Shown here: piece by piece, positions 1 through 12,200 of the stretch | How the letters are laid out: each line of letters begins with the position of its first letter | Position numbering within the stretch: the stretch's first letter is position 1 | Source of the DNA: Phoronis australis | Taxonomy: Eukaryota > Animalia > Phoronida | Direction: 5' to 3' | Assembly: GCA_002633005.1 (NCBI GenBank) | Contig: NMRA01000426.1 | Location: 206,506 to 270,505, forward strand | Length of the DNA: 64,000 bases | Translations under genes and position numbers: made by a program | The notes under the pieces: model-generated | What the model saw: only the letters and a program-made list of their open reading frames with translations | Told to the model about the DNA's origin: nothing | Databases searched by the model: none

Positions 1-56
1 CCAGCACTAATGCATGTTAACCATCCCTATGTGTGTATAAAGGATATTGGTATTGC

Positions 57-251
57 CAGCGGTAGAGCCAGAGGTGATTTCGAGGGTGACACTCGGTGAA
101 TTAGGACTATTCCCATAGTCACTGTCAGATAAAAGTGCTACGTTTCTGTCACATTGAACCGTTGACAAGCTCGTGATAGTTTAGGGTATCACCACTAAAA
201 GGGTGTCACCTTGGGCGGTTTGCCCCCCGCCTCCCCCTAAGTACGCCACTG
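57..251. mobile_element. Small degenerate MITE-like element with CAGTGGCG-type terminus
   Basis: cagcggtaga..gggtgacac / gtgtcacc..tacgccactg inverted similarity; no TSD found. Confidence 0.35.
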
Positions 252-712
252 TACAATGGAGGTCTATGTACCCGAAACCCAAACACTTCTTGTGAGCGAC
301 ATTTCTGTCAGCCAGTTTCCGTATCACGCTATACGTGGCACTTCTTGCACAAGTTATTGGGTTACGTCCAGGGCTCCTCATTGTGACCGTCACGTGCACG
401 AGCCCCACGTTGGTAGAGCCATTACTAACTGCTGCCCTTTTATTTAGCAAAAAATGACTTTGTTACTACAAGTGTTTTAAAAAGCATGGCACCCAATGAC
501 AAGTAATTTTTCTGTAACCTTTTCTTATACAACCGACCAATTGAAGCAGGGTAACCTGCTAAGCGACAGACAACTGACAAGTTAGGTCAAACTTATCCAT
601 CAGATGTCGCAAATGTATGAAAGGCTCAACTGCTGCTGCGAAGCCTTTACCACTGTCAAACGTAAGATTTATGAAAGTGTTATTTATTTACGTTTTTACC
701 AGCCCTCCCCGA

Positions 713-915
713 CTACCACAACCATCACCAACAACAACACCACGTCAACCAGCACCACACCCACCTCAAGAACCACCACACCACCATCATCACCAAACCA
801 TCATGACCACAAACACCCCAACCAGTACCACTCCCAACTCTGGACGAACGAACATCATCACCCTGCACCACCATCACCACAACTGCTCTCAACACCATCA
901 AACAACACCCATCAC
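713..915. repeat. (CAC/CAA/CAT)-rich low-complexity tract
   Basis: Degenerate trinucleotide repeat giving His/Thr/Pro-rich spurious ORFs. Confidence 0.8.
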
Positions 916-1431
916 TAAGTAAGGAAGTTTGAATAAGTAAGGAAAAAGGAATAACGACTAAGCTCGGTACACTGCGTATTGATGCTTTATTACTAGTACT
1001 AGTACAACACAGAGATTTCTCAGTGTACAGACATGACGTAAGCAATATACACGGCGACAGTTAAAGAACAACGGGTATAGGCCTATATATATATATACCT
1101 ATATATCGTGAGCAAAAGTACTGAAAGCTGCGTCCAAAGAACGCACCTAGACACATTTTAAACGCATTCATCCAGGCCATCGATCTACCAAGAGCCAACA
1201 GAATTAAGAACGGCCTGTACGCACATTTCAATATGTGATGACACACCAGTTGCTTGTCTCACTAGGGATGGTTAGACTGATTCCTTCTATCTTCGCACTT
1301 GATGGTAACGAAATGAAACTTATTAATGACTCCTAAAGACAAACACAGCTCATTCATACGACAGGTTGGCAGCGCGCCCAGTGAAATAATCTCCAGGTTT
1401 TTATCCCCGAGTACATAGCTTGTCCAATCCC

Positions 1432-1580
1432 GCCTTCCGTTCAGTAACTCTAGGACCTCCCTAAAAAGCGAGACTTCGCGAGATTACGTGAGATATTGCC
1501 GTGCATTTTAAATGAGAGAACGTGACTTTGACTAGGTTTTAGCTAGGTCCTAGCGTAGGTCCTAGCGTCTACCGTATTCA
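1432..1580. mobile_element. ~150-bp MITE-like dispersed repeat, copy 1
   Basis: Colinear with the reverse complement of 35707-35864. Confidence 0.75.
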
Positions 1581-2183
1581 GTTTCACCTTACCTATGCTA
1601 TAAGACGTCCGGGAAACAAGTAATTTCAGTTGTTACTCTGCCAACTCGCTTAAATCTTCACTCCTCTATTGTCTGAGTTATCCCGCTGTCCGCCGATCAC
1701 CATCTCACTGTATATTACGAGACGGGGTCCAGGCGGCAAGGCTTTGGCTAGTGGTTTGAGTGGAGAACTAAGCTGCAGCCCAGTCTGCTTAATGCGGGCA
1801 ATAATTTTGTCAAGCGAGACCGCAAGTCACGTGTCTTTCGTTTTCGTGGAACACACCTCACTCCCATATTTGTTGCGTCGTAGCTACGCCAATGAACTCA
1901 CTGGAGTTCGAAATGGAAAACTCTTGATACCTACGAAGTGCATCACAGCACAAAATGTGGACTGTGACGTGCTGACTGTCTGAATGAATATTTCCACGCA
2001 GCAGTTAACGTAAACACACGCAGCTCGGTTGGTGAGTGGACGCAGACACGTCGAAATACCAGAGCTATATCACTTATGACGTAGTCTATAGAGTCAGATG
2101 CACGTCGTCAGGCACCGGTTAACCTGTTTCGAGGGACCAAACATGTACAGATACCATTCTTAGTCAATGCACGTTGATAGGTT

Positions 2184-2234
2184 TTATATCTTGTCTTCTA
2201 TCTGATTGGAACGTGCTTCGTTGAAATGTGTCTC
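2184..2234 (-). CDS. aGPCR candidate terminal coding exon (ETHFNEARSNQIEDKI*)
   Basis: Acceptor ttcggttgcag| in phase 0, compatible with the CAG|GCAAGT donor at 3129; no homology support. Confidence 0.4.
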   Translation of the reverse strand, partial: ETHFNEARSNQIEDKI

Positions 2235-3089
2235 CTGCAACCGAAGTAATAAAAACCCTGAGTTAATGCCCAAAATCTAAAAACTTTTGAAACTTCACAA
2301 ATGTATCACAGTTCAACTACCATAATTTTTGTACATTCACGTTTTGATATTCACAGATAGATAACGAAAACAAGTTAGACCATTTGACCATCTCCAAGAA
2401 CCAAAGACAATTCGCAGCTACTCGATCGTGCGAATATTTGTCTTTGAGACAGTACGATCAAGCCCGCACTAGTTACAAAATAGTGACACCAAAAGCGTTA
2501 GTCAGTACCACAGAAATAATTTATTGAGGGCCAGGGGGACTTTTATCCGTTTGGTTCCAGCCCCGTTGGTCCACCACCATAAATTTCTGTGATGTTTTGG
2601 AACAACTCAAACCTAATTTATGAAGTTAAAGTTATTTGGGACCTAACTGACCAAGTCTATGTTTTAAATAAATATCAAAAATATAGATTTTCCCAATTCA
2701 AGTCTACATTTTCTAAAAGTACAAGCTCTGTAGAATTTGATTTTATCTGCTTTTCATTGGATCATGTGACCATGCTCGTTTTTTAAAATTTAGCACAAAA
2801 TAGCAACAAACCTTAAGGTAAATTTTTGATTTAAAACTTCAAGATGAAATTTCAAAAACGCTGATGGAGTTTTGTAAAATACCATTTTGCTTTCGCTTTT
2901 TGATGAAAATTACAAAAATGATATTTGTGGTAGCCCTTCAGACTCCAGTAGTACATGTTAGAAACAATCCAGCATTTCAGAGAACAGTGCTTAGTCACGT
3001 GATTATGATCACGTGTGTCACATGATGGTAGGTAGTTAGTCACATTTGTACTTTTCTTGGTGTCCAACATAACCTTAAAACGCTTTAAC

Positions 3090-3290
3090 TTATATAACCA
3101 CAACTAAACGCAGTGACAGTTGACTTGCCTGTGTACTTCGCCTCTTTGAAATCCTGCTGCTGGTGGAACTGTTGTAGCTATGGAGACTCCCTCTGACAAT
3201 GGCCAGGGGGCACCTCCGCAAGATGGCGGATTTCCATTGCGAACGAACCGCCTCGTTCGTACAGCAATGAAATATAAAGATGAACAAACC
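3090..3290 (-). CDS. aGPCR exon: TM7 end, helix 8, C-tail (may instead end at a GC donor at 3129)
   Basis: tttcag|GLFIFIFHCCTNEAVRSQWK..; stop at 3090-3092 if unspliced. Confidence 0.9.
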   Translation of the reverse strand, partial: GLFIFIFHCCTNEAVRSQWKSAILRRCPLAIVRGSLHSYNSSTSSRISKRRSTQASQLSLRLVVVI

Positions 3291-6200
3291 CTGAAATTAG
3301 TCAATTTGTTCAGAATTTATAGGATTTAATTTGCACGATTCAGAACAGAATGTTCGTTCAAATATACAGTACCACTGTCTGCGCATTTTACTGTAGCCAA
3401 CAGACACAAATCACTCGTCCCTTGGACAAAATAACGTAATTAGGAGCCCGGTGTCACAAAATAACGTAAAAGAGGGACCAATATCACAAAATAATATAAG
3501 TTGGATCCCGCTGTCACAAAAAATGTAAAAGAGGGACCAGTATCACAAAATAATATGAGAACCCGGTATGACAAAATAACGAGAGTAGAAACCCGGTATT
3601 ATTAAATAACGAGAATAGGAACCCGGTACGACAAAATAACGAGAGTAGAAACCCGGTATTATTAAATAACGAGAATAGGAACCCGGTATGACAGAATAAC
3701 GAGAGTAGGAACCCGGTATCACAAAATAACGTAGGTGAGGAGCCCTGTGTCTCAAAATGACGCAAGTAGACGCTCGGTGTAACGAAATAACGTACGTAGG
3801 AGTCCGGTGTCACAAAATAACGTACGTAGGAGTCCGGTGTCACAAAAAACCTAAGTAGGAGCAGGTCTCTTCGTCTTTTTGCGTATTCGTGTGCTTATGG
3901 ACTCACAGGTGCAATATTTTTCTATAATTTCATCTTTATTATGAGCTCCTGTTTGATTAATGACATTGTCTCGCAATATAAGTAAAAACTGAGTCCATAG
4001 TTCATTGAAAATAAATAGGGACTCAGTCTTTAAATTCGGGGTGTTGCATGAAAAGATCCCTACTTATTTTCGATAATATTAATAATTCAAAGCAGAGTTC
4101 ACTCTTGATTTGTATCAAAGATAATAGTTGACTTAGTAATGAAAGGAAAAAATACAAGAAAGTGCAAGTGATGTGTTCACAAGTCCACTGGAATCCCAAA
4201 ATAACACAAAGGGAACCGGGTATCACAAAACAACGCCGGTAAGCAGCAGACCGGTATTACAACTAAGTAGTTAAAGCAGCAGTGAAACTCGAGGTATGTT
4301 GACAAAACTAATTTTTGATTTCGACTACTTAATGGTGCAAAACTGATTGATTGGGTCCTCCAAGTTTACCCATATTTTTCAGAGTTATACAGTGGATGAC
4401 TATACAAGCCAGCCCTGTTGGTTATTGTCACACGTACCTGTGTCGCATTCAGTAGTGTGAATAAGTAAGCAAACACTACTGTTTCTTGACTTAAGTAAAA
4501 GAAGCCGACGGACCATGTGCACCCGAGTAGTGACACCAGCGTCATGGACCCCTTGATCCATACCCTGCAACCGCGTCAAAAGTTCCATGACAAAATGAAC
4601 AGGTAATTAAAACTCAAATTCAATACTGAGAAAGGGAAATGCTTTATGAAAAACTGCAGTCACACTCAAAATAATACGAGTTCTACCAAAACGACACACG
4701 AGAGCATTCAATCACATCCGTACTCAAATGATATTTGAACAATCATCCGTACCCAAATGATACTTGAACAATCATCCGTACCCAAATGACGCGCGAGAAC
4801 ATCCAGCCATATCTAATGACACTTAAACAGTCACTTGTATCCAAATGACACAGGAGAATATTCAGCCATATCTAAATGGCATTTGGACAATCATCCATAA
4901 TGACGCGCTAGAACATCCCCAGCCATATATAAATGACACTTTAACAGTCATCCATAATGACGCACGAGAACATCCCCAGCCATATATAAATGACACTTTA
5001 ACAGTCATCCATAATGACGCACGAGAACATCCCCAGCCATATATAAATGACACTTTAACAGTCATCCATAATGACGCACGAGAACATCCAGCCTGTCTCT
5101 CATACCTAAATTACACATGAGAACATCCAATAATTTTGATGACACCTGTCAAATGTCGCACGGGTTGTGTGAACTTTTATTCATACCCAAAAGCCACACA
5201 AGAACTTTCAGCCGCATCCAAATGACATGTGTGAACATTTATTCGTAAATAAATGACACACGAGAACATGAGAACATTTCCATCATATCTAAAACAACAT
5301 GGAGACATTCAGTTACACCCAAATGACACGCATTCCCACTTCTGACTTCCAATCACAAGGAAAAAATATCTTATTGGTCATTTATTACAATTTTGAGTTA
5401 ATTCAAACCAAATTTACAGTGAACAGTGTTGTTATATAAACACCTCCTTATTATTGATTGATTCAAGTTGCTAATACTACCATAGCTAGTTACCTACTAC
5501 GATAGCTAGTTATTTATTATGACAGCTAGTTGATTACTACCATAAGTAGTTACTTACTACCATAGCTAGTTACTTGGTACCATGGGTAGTTACTTATTAC
5601 TTATAGCCACATACTACCGTACTATAGCTCGTTACATAATACTATAGCTAGTTACTTACTTAATATAACAAAGCTGGTGTCCTCCACAAATCTTTATTTT
5701 TCGTTTTGTTTGCTGATCTGCAATTCTCAGAGCTATGCAGAGTATAACAAAGTTGGCCTGGAAATAACGCATAGTGAAACGGAAGATTAAACTGGAGAAT
5801 CTGCCACATAAAAATGTCGTCCAACCAACTGCCAAGAACAAATAGTTCCAGGTGCGCTATGTCTATAGCTGGTGAACAACGCGTCGTCGCCCATTCTTTT
5901 TCCATTGCTTCGAGGGTCAACTTATTGTACTCGCTGCACACAAACTGCGCTTGGCGAGTTTTCAAATCATGCCATTGCTTTTCTTTTTCTTTTAGTTTTT
6001 GCACTAACAGAAAATAGTCTAAGGAGTACACTGCGTGGTGTTTCTGTGCACATTTTAAAGAAATTACGTCTTAGCTTTGAGGTAACGCACCACTCAAACT
6101 TGGCAAACTATTAGTCAAGTCTTTTCCTCGTTCTACTTACAACCAGCACACAGCCGGCGGGCACAGCAAAGGCCAGTATCGTCAGGTCTTGCGAGTTCAG

Positions 6201-9200
6201 CCAACAACTAAATGTGAAAAGAGATATTAGCTGGGTAGCTGTTACACACTTAACCAAACTTTTTTTACTTGTATTACGCAAACAAAATTAATTTTTCACG
6301 CGGTCCGTTGCCTTTATTGATACACCAGACAAGCATGGGCTGCAATGTCAAGGTCACGTCCAGTGCAGAATATAGAGATCGTCGTTCGTGCTTGAGTGAA
6401 GCTCGTGAGAATCGTGATAGGCAAGTTGGTGGACAGGATTCTGCAACGCATGGCTTTACATGTAATGCACTGACAATTCCCAACGTATTTCATACAATAA
6501 ATGAGAACGTCCCTGAATGAAAAAAATTGGTAGATTGAACTCCAAATTCATTAGATGTCGCAAGTGAATGAAAGAAATGACTGCATTCAATTACTAAGAC
6601 CTTAATCACGTGGGTCACGTGGGTCCCTAATCACTCCAAGATCACTATGCCTTTCTGCTTTAAATTAATTCAACAGGGAACTTTATTTATTAGCGTTACC
6701 CAATAAAAATTGACTCGCCCATGGTATTTCGTCCTTTTGAACTCGTTTTACACACCAGAATTCGAAATAAGCTCGAACAAAAAACGATTTAAGCTCTCAA
6801 TACGCTAAAGAGCTGTAGACCTGTGGAAAGTGTTTGTTAACGTCTTCATGCTACACACGGTGATCAAAGAGTACACGTCATCGTAAGAGACATCTACACG
6901 GAACAGCACGGACCGTGGACGTCGTGCCACCGCCGTGTAATAATGGCCCCATCTAAATGGTTGACGCAATTTTCCGTAAAATTTTGCACCATGGGCGGAT
7001 TTGCCTACCCCCCTAAAAATGAAAACAAAACCCCCGTCGGCAGGCTAATTTAAAGAGCCCTCGCGGTCATTTCTTCTCTTACGATGTTTGTCTTAGGTAA
7101 AGTAACTCTAGGAAGTATTTAGGTAAAGTAACTCTAGGAAGTACTTTGTTATTCAACGGTTCTTTTAGTATCATTTTACGAAAAAGAACTTACGCGTAGT
7201 ACCAGCAATAACCGTACTTCCGCGTAATACCAGTCCTAACCATACTTACGAGTAATTACTGCCGTAACCATCTTTAAGGAACGCGAAGGAAAATGAAACG
7301 ATCACGACTGGAATTCCTGTGAAAAACAATCATTGTTCACAATTATACCGTAGTGATGCCAAATGTCAACATTTGAAATTATCATTACGAAAGCTTGCGA
7401 CATGGTGTGTTTCACAAAATGATGAGGGACTTTGTTAAAGAACAAAAATCCCATAGAAAGCAAATATGAAATAACTGCAATGCCGAAGGAGGCCAAGGCT
7501 TGAAGGGACTGTAACCCCAGAGGCGAAAGTAGCGACGTCGACAGGGACAACTGATGACAACACATGAGGGTTGGGGTAAGTCCCTAAATTTGTGGTAGCA
7601 AAGTGATAACTATTGAAATCCAAAACGTCAAAACACGTTGCAGATTAAGAAAACTTCTGAATATCCACATATTTTCCTTGACAAGTCTTCCTTTGCGTCT
7701 TTGAACTTTCACCCCAGGCATACCGTAAAAGTTCTCGATCACTGCATGAACCTTCAAGGGGTAAGAAAACAGAATTTTGCAGAAACTTTGCCTTTTTTCA
7801 CATTAAAATCGTGATTTTAAAGAGACCACAGGGTTTATTTTCTCGTGAAATTTAAAGTTTTATTTCTTTGTTTTGCCAAATCAGGCTCTAATTTCATTGA
7901 GCCCTGCGTAACGTTCTATTGTGAAGAGTTCGTATCATAAAGTGTCCTAGACAAAGTGTCTACCCATGTTCCAGTGGTTGGAGCCAATGATTAGATGTAT
8001 AATTGGCCTCTGGAATCAGTGCATAAACATATATTCAGTACTAGGCTTGTTGCCCAAGACAATTTACAAAACATTTGTGCTGCTCATGTTAAGAAGGAAA
8101 TAACGAGACCTGTTGAGTTTTCTCAGAGGCTGTCGAAAATGAGAGACTGGCTTCTGAATTACTATAGCATTTGAATCCGGCGGCAAAGTCTTACTTGCAG
8201 GTCAAGAACACTGTGGACACTGCTAACTCTTATAAAACACGCATGGAGTTCTCGTTGAAATTAAAGAGAATCTCAAAATCTCTCACATGCTCAGTATCAC
8301 GCACACACGCGCATACACGCGCAAATACTAATATCACAATGTTTCATGTTCGCGCGATGTCCCGTGACAGCGAGACAACGTGACAAGTCCCTATAAACCA
8401 TGTCCAGAAATTTCAAACATGAGCAACGTCATAAAGTAATTATCCTTTGTTTGAATTAAAATAGGTTGCAATCAATCACCCAAAATTCCCGTCTGACGGC
8501 CATGTTGCCTTGGAGACACCACTGCCCCACCATGAAAGGCATTGTTTATACATTTATGACGAGCAACTTAGTGGACCTGATCTGAACTGTCAGTAATAAC
8601 AAACTGTCAGTTATTCTCAATCTGCGACTGAGGAGCATGATGAGAACACAAGAACAAAATTCTGTACAAGGTCAGCGACCTAGGCTAAATGCCTCATATC
8701 TTGCCATATTAGTTTATTGCACACACACACACCGCTAGACGTCTCTACGGTCCATGAAACAACAATGTCCGCCAGTGGCCATCCAATGGGATTTCGCTCG
8801 GTGGTTTGTCTCCCTCTCTACGGTGTCTGGTAATACCTGCGGGCTGGCTAGACAAGTAGGGAACCAGCGAGACGTAAAATCAGGCTTCTAGGCAAAAGGT
8901 TTTTAAAAATACATATACTATACACATGCGGCTATGTGAGTACGATTTCAGGGTCGTTACAAAGTAGAATTTAAAAATATAATAGGAGTAATTCGGCTGA
9001 GACACATATAATTATGTGAACATTTTAGTCCCGGGACGCAACTGTTTGTCGTGTGGACGCGGCTTTACTTACCGTAACCGGCCAGATAATACCATAAGAC
9101 AGAACACCTGGTGGTGAAGACCCGAACTAATAATAGATACATCTGAATGCCTTCAAGACACATCCACGAGAAGGCGCTGAGGAATGATAGATGAAGCCCC

Positions 9201-12200
9201 ACGGCTACCACTTTACATGCCAGCTGAAATGTTCAAGAGACATCATCAGTTTGCTATGTAATTAGCACAGCTTGCTATTCAAACTGCACAATCGTGATAT
9301 AATTCTCAGAATTATTACTTCGGTTCTGATACATCTGAGGGCTGCTTCTCTACTGTCTTTCGACTGTTGGCTAAAATCAGAGAGTCAACCGATGGCTTAG
9401 CCCTGTGTCACGACACCAGGCTAAGGTTAGAAGTCAGAAAATCTGTCTACAACTAGAAACCAACAGACAGAAATTCGTTTTCTCGGTTGACGCGTGTTTA
9501 TTTTTGTTGTAACAAAGGCACTATGCTATCTTTGCTTTTTCAGATTTCAAATAAAATATTCTGAGTCGCGCACATTAATTGCATGTCTCGCTGGAGATAA
9601 AAAGCATTTACACCTTAATCGGTATTGTTCATGGAACACGACTGGATTAAAAAATATACTTCGGTTATTTGTCGTGTGACTTAGTAGCCAACGTATCATT
9701 GCAGTGAACGGCGTGTTAACATCTCCAATATGCACTATTATCTATTGAATAACACAGGACATCACCGTAATTGTATTACGATTGGCAAACTTTATTAAAC
9801 GGGTCTGGAGAATAACATCGTACAATCAAATTTTACTTACTTTGTCCTCCGTTTTGTCAACGCCAACCAGAAAAATGACCTCTCCCACCAACAAACATAT
9901 GCACAAATTTCGATGAATGGTGTTCCTCAAACACCATAAGTTTCTGAAAAATTATCGAGGGTTTTACATGACACCAAATATGCTGAACGCGTTGTCAAGC
10001 CAGAAAATGTCGTAACTACACAAGTTGTCACAACTTACAATCCTCTTATTGTGACAGTAAGTGCAAGCCGTCGTGACACAAATTGTTTCGTTGCAACAAT
10101 TTGTTGTTTTTCCACTTTCACAAACTGCCGCAACAGGAAAATTGTAATGGAGTATACACACCATCAAAGCACAATTTGCGGCAATATAATCAATCAAGTA
10201 CGGTTTTTGCAGTCTTAGGGATGGAGGGTTCTGTAGGCATGAAAATAGCCGTCGACCATGCAAGCGGGGATACACTCGATGTCCCTTTAAGTGTGGTTGG
10301 TCCCCCTTACGGCACTCTAGATCCGCCACTTTTAACAGAGGCGACTGTGAAGAGGGTAACTGTGACAAAATTGGCATAATGACGAGGTTGACGGAAACCG
10401 CAATGTTTGCGTGAATGATTTCAACACAGAGACTTTTATTGACAAAGGGTGCAAAAATTTGATGTTGGCACTTATGAGTGGGATTGAAAATTGACATATA
10501 AGTTACCAACAACGTCGCACTGCTGTTTGTGAACGACATCGTAAGGTGAGGTCTGCGTTAATACTACAGATGCAACTTAATAGTGCCGTTCTTGTACTCG
10601 TTGAATGGCGTTTTCCACAATAGATATTGTAAAAGGAGCTAAATTTCAATATAGCAACAAAAATACAACTTGTTCTTGGAAGTTTAGCATAAACTGTTAC
10701 AATTTGGGTTTTAAGACTATTTGTTGCACCTTAATAGACCATAAGTTGCCCAAAGAACAAATTATGCTAATTTGCTTGTGTTTCAAAGAGCTGTACAAAT
10801 TGTCGCAATTTGAGGATTTGTGTTCATTGGCAGCAAAGTTAGATGTAAGCAACTTAGAACACAACACCCGATTCTGTAGATTCTAGCCTTCTCTTTATAT
10901 AACAGTGTGTCTTTCGGAGTACACAAGACGATTCTACGAAATCTGCAACTCTCAGGAACCAATTTTAGTGTTTAGTTTATACCACTTATTTAAAAAAAAT
11001 TGGAGATTGCTTCAGTTTGTGCAATTACAATACATTCCAGTCTTACAGCGCGTGTTTATAATAACACTGAGCCAGGCATAAAAGGATTCAGCAGAGACAT
11101 GTCTGCTCGAGCCCACCATAAAAATTTCATTCCAGCATCATACCATGATGGTGACAAAATGGTAACATTAATCACTTTTGAGTCCTTGGTCCGTCCGTTC
11201 CTAAATAAAACCACAATGCAGTAAGTGTTCCCTAGTGTCTTGGCAGAAGACAGGGCCTATACTACATACATGTACATCAATGGATCCGAGGAACCTGTGA
11301 AACTTGATCGGATGCTTTAGCATGGGTTTAAGACACTGCTGGATAGAGACGGGGCTCAACGAGAGATTCTATAGGCAGACGCTCTAGATCGGCCTAAACG
11401 GATTCGCCTTTTTGATCATGGTGGCTTGGGGGCGGGGGGGGGGCTAGGGATATGGAAACAGCAACGAATGTATTCGCCGACTTTTCAGTTTTGTTATTGA
11501 AAAAAGTAATCTGTGGTCAATGTCAGATGTTGTCAGACGTCCAGATGGTAACACATCCTTTGACAAAATTGCCGGAATAATTTTCATCACTTCCAATTAG
11601 AGAAAGACACAACTAGTTTTACAATAGCTAACGGTCCAAATCAAAATCCAACAGAAAATTATGACAGCACCAAATTCATAGAACGCACACGTTGAGTTTT
11701 AAGCAGTAAATTGATAGCAGATATACTTACCGGAAACAGGAGAATGTAAGAATACATAGAAGGAGACCTACAACGGACAAACCACATCCGATGTGAGTTA
11801 TGACGTTAAGAGCATGCTTGTCCGCGTCTGATGCCTGAAGAAAGAGCACCGGAAAGTGCGATGAAGAGCACGTGTAGAATTAAGAGTCTCGAACTATGAC
11901 TTTAGTATTACGACTGATAGGCAAATTATCCTCATCGTTTCACTGGGTTACAAATCTTTTTGCATCAACGGGTACCATAGAGCCGAAACTTAACCCAGTC
12001 AAATTTTGGATAATCTTATGGCGTAAAGACGATACTAACCAAACTAATTCAATTTCGGACGCCAAGCAGTTTGAAAAATCACCAGCTTTAGTCCAGAATG
12101 AAACCACAGGCGCTTGAGTTTATCTGTTCCTCGATCGCAAATGACGTCACTCAATAAGAAAACATGTTTCTTATATATGGTTATGAGTCATCGGGAAATT

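Noticed and set aside
604-1045. His/Thr/Pro-rich ORFs
   Set aside because: Translation of a CAC-rich low-complexity tract
5760-6031. ORF KLKEKEKQWHDLK.. as an extra exon
   Set aside because: Would interrupt TM5, whose two exons splice cleanly in phase 0; different frame from the real exon
7302-7623. Hydrophobic ORFs as TM4
   Set aside because: The true TM4 exon is 7250-7316 (GIP..YG) with correct phases
9964-10539. 191-aa minus-strand ORF in the TM1-TM2 intron
   Set aside because: No recognisable motif; flanking exons join in phase without it; contains a MITE-like terminus (gatccgccact)
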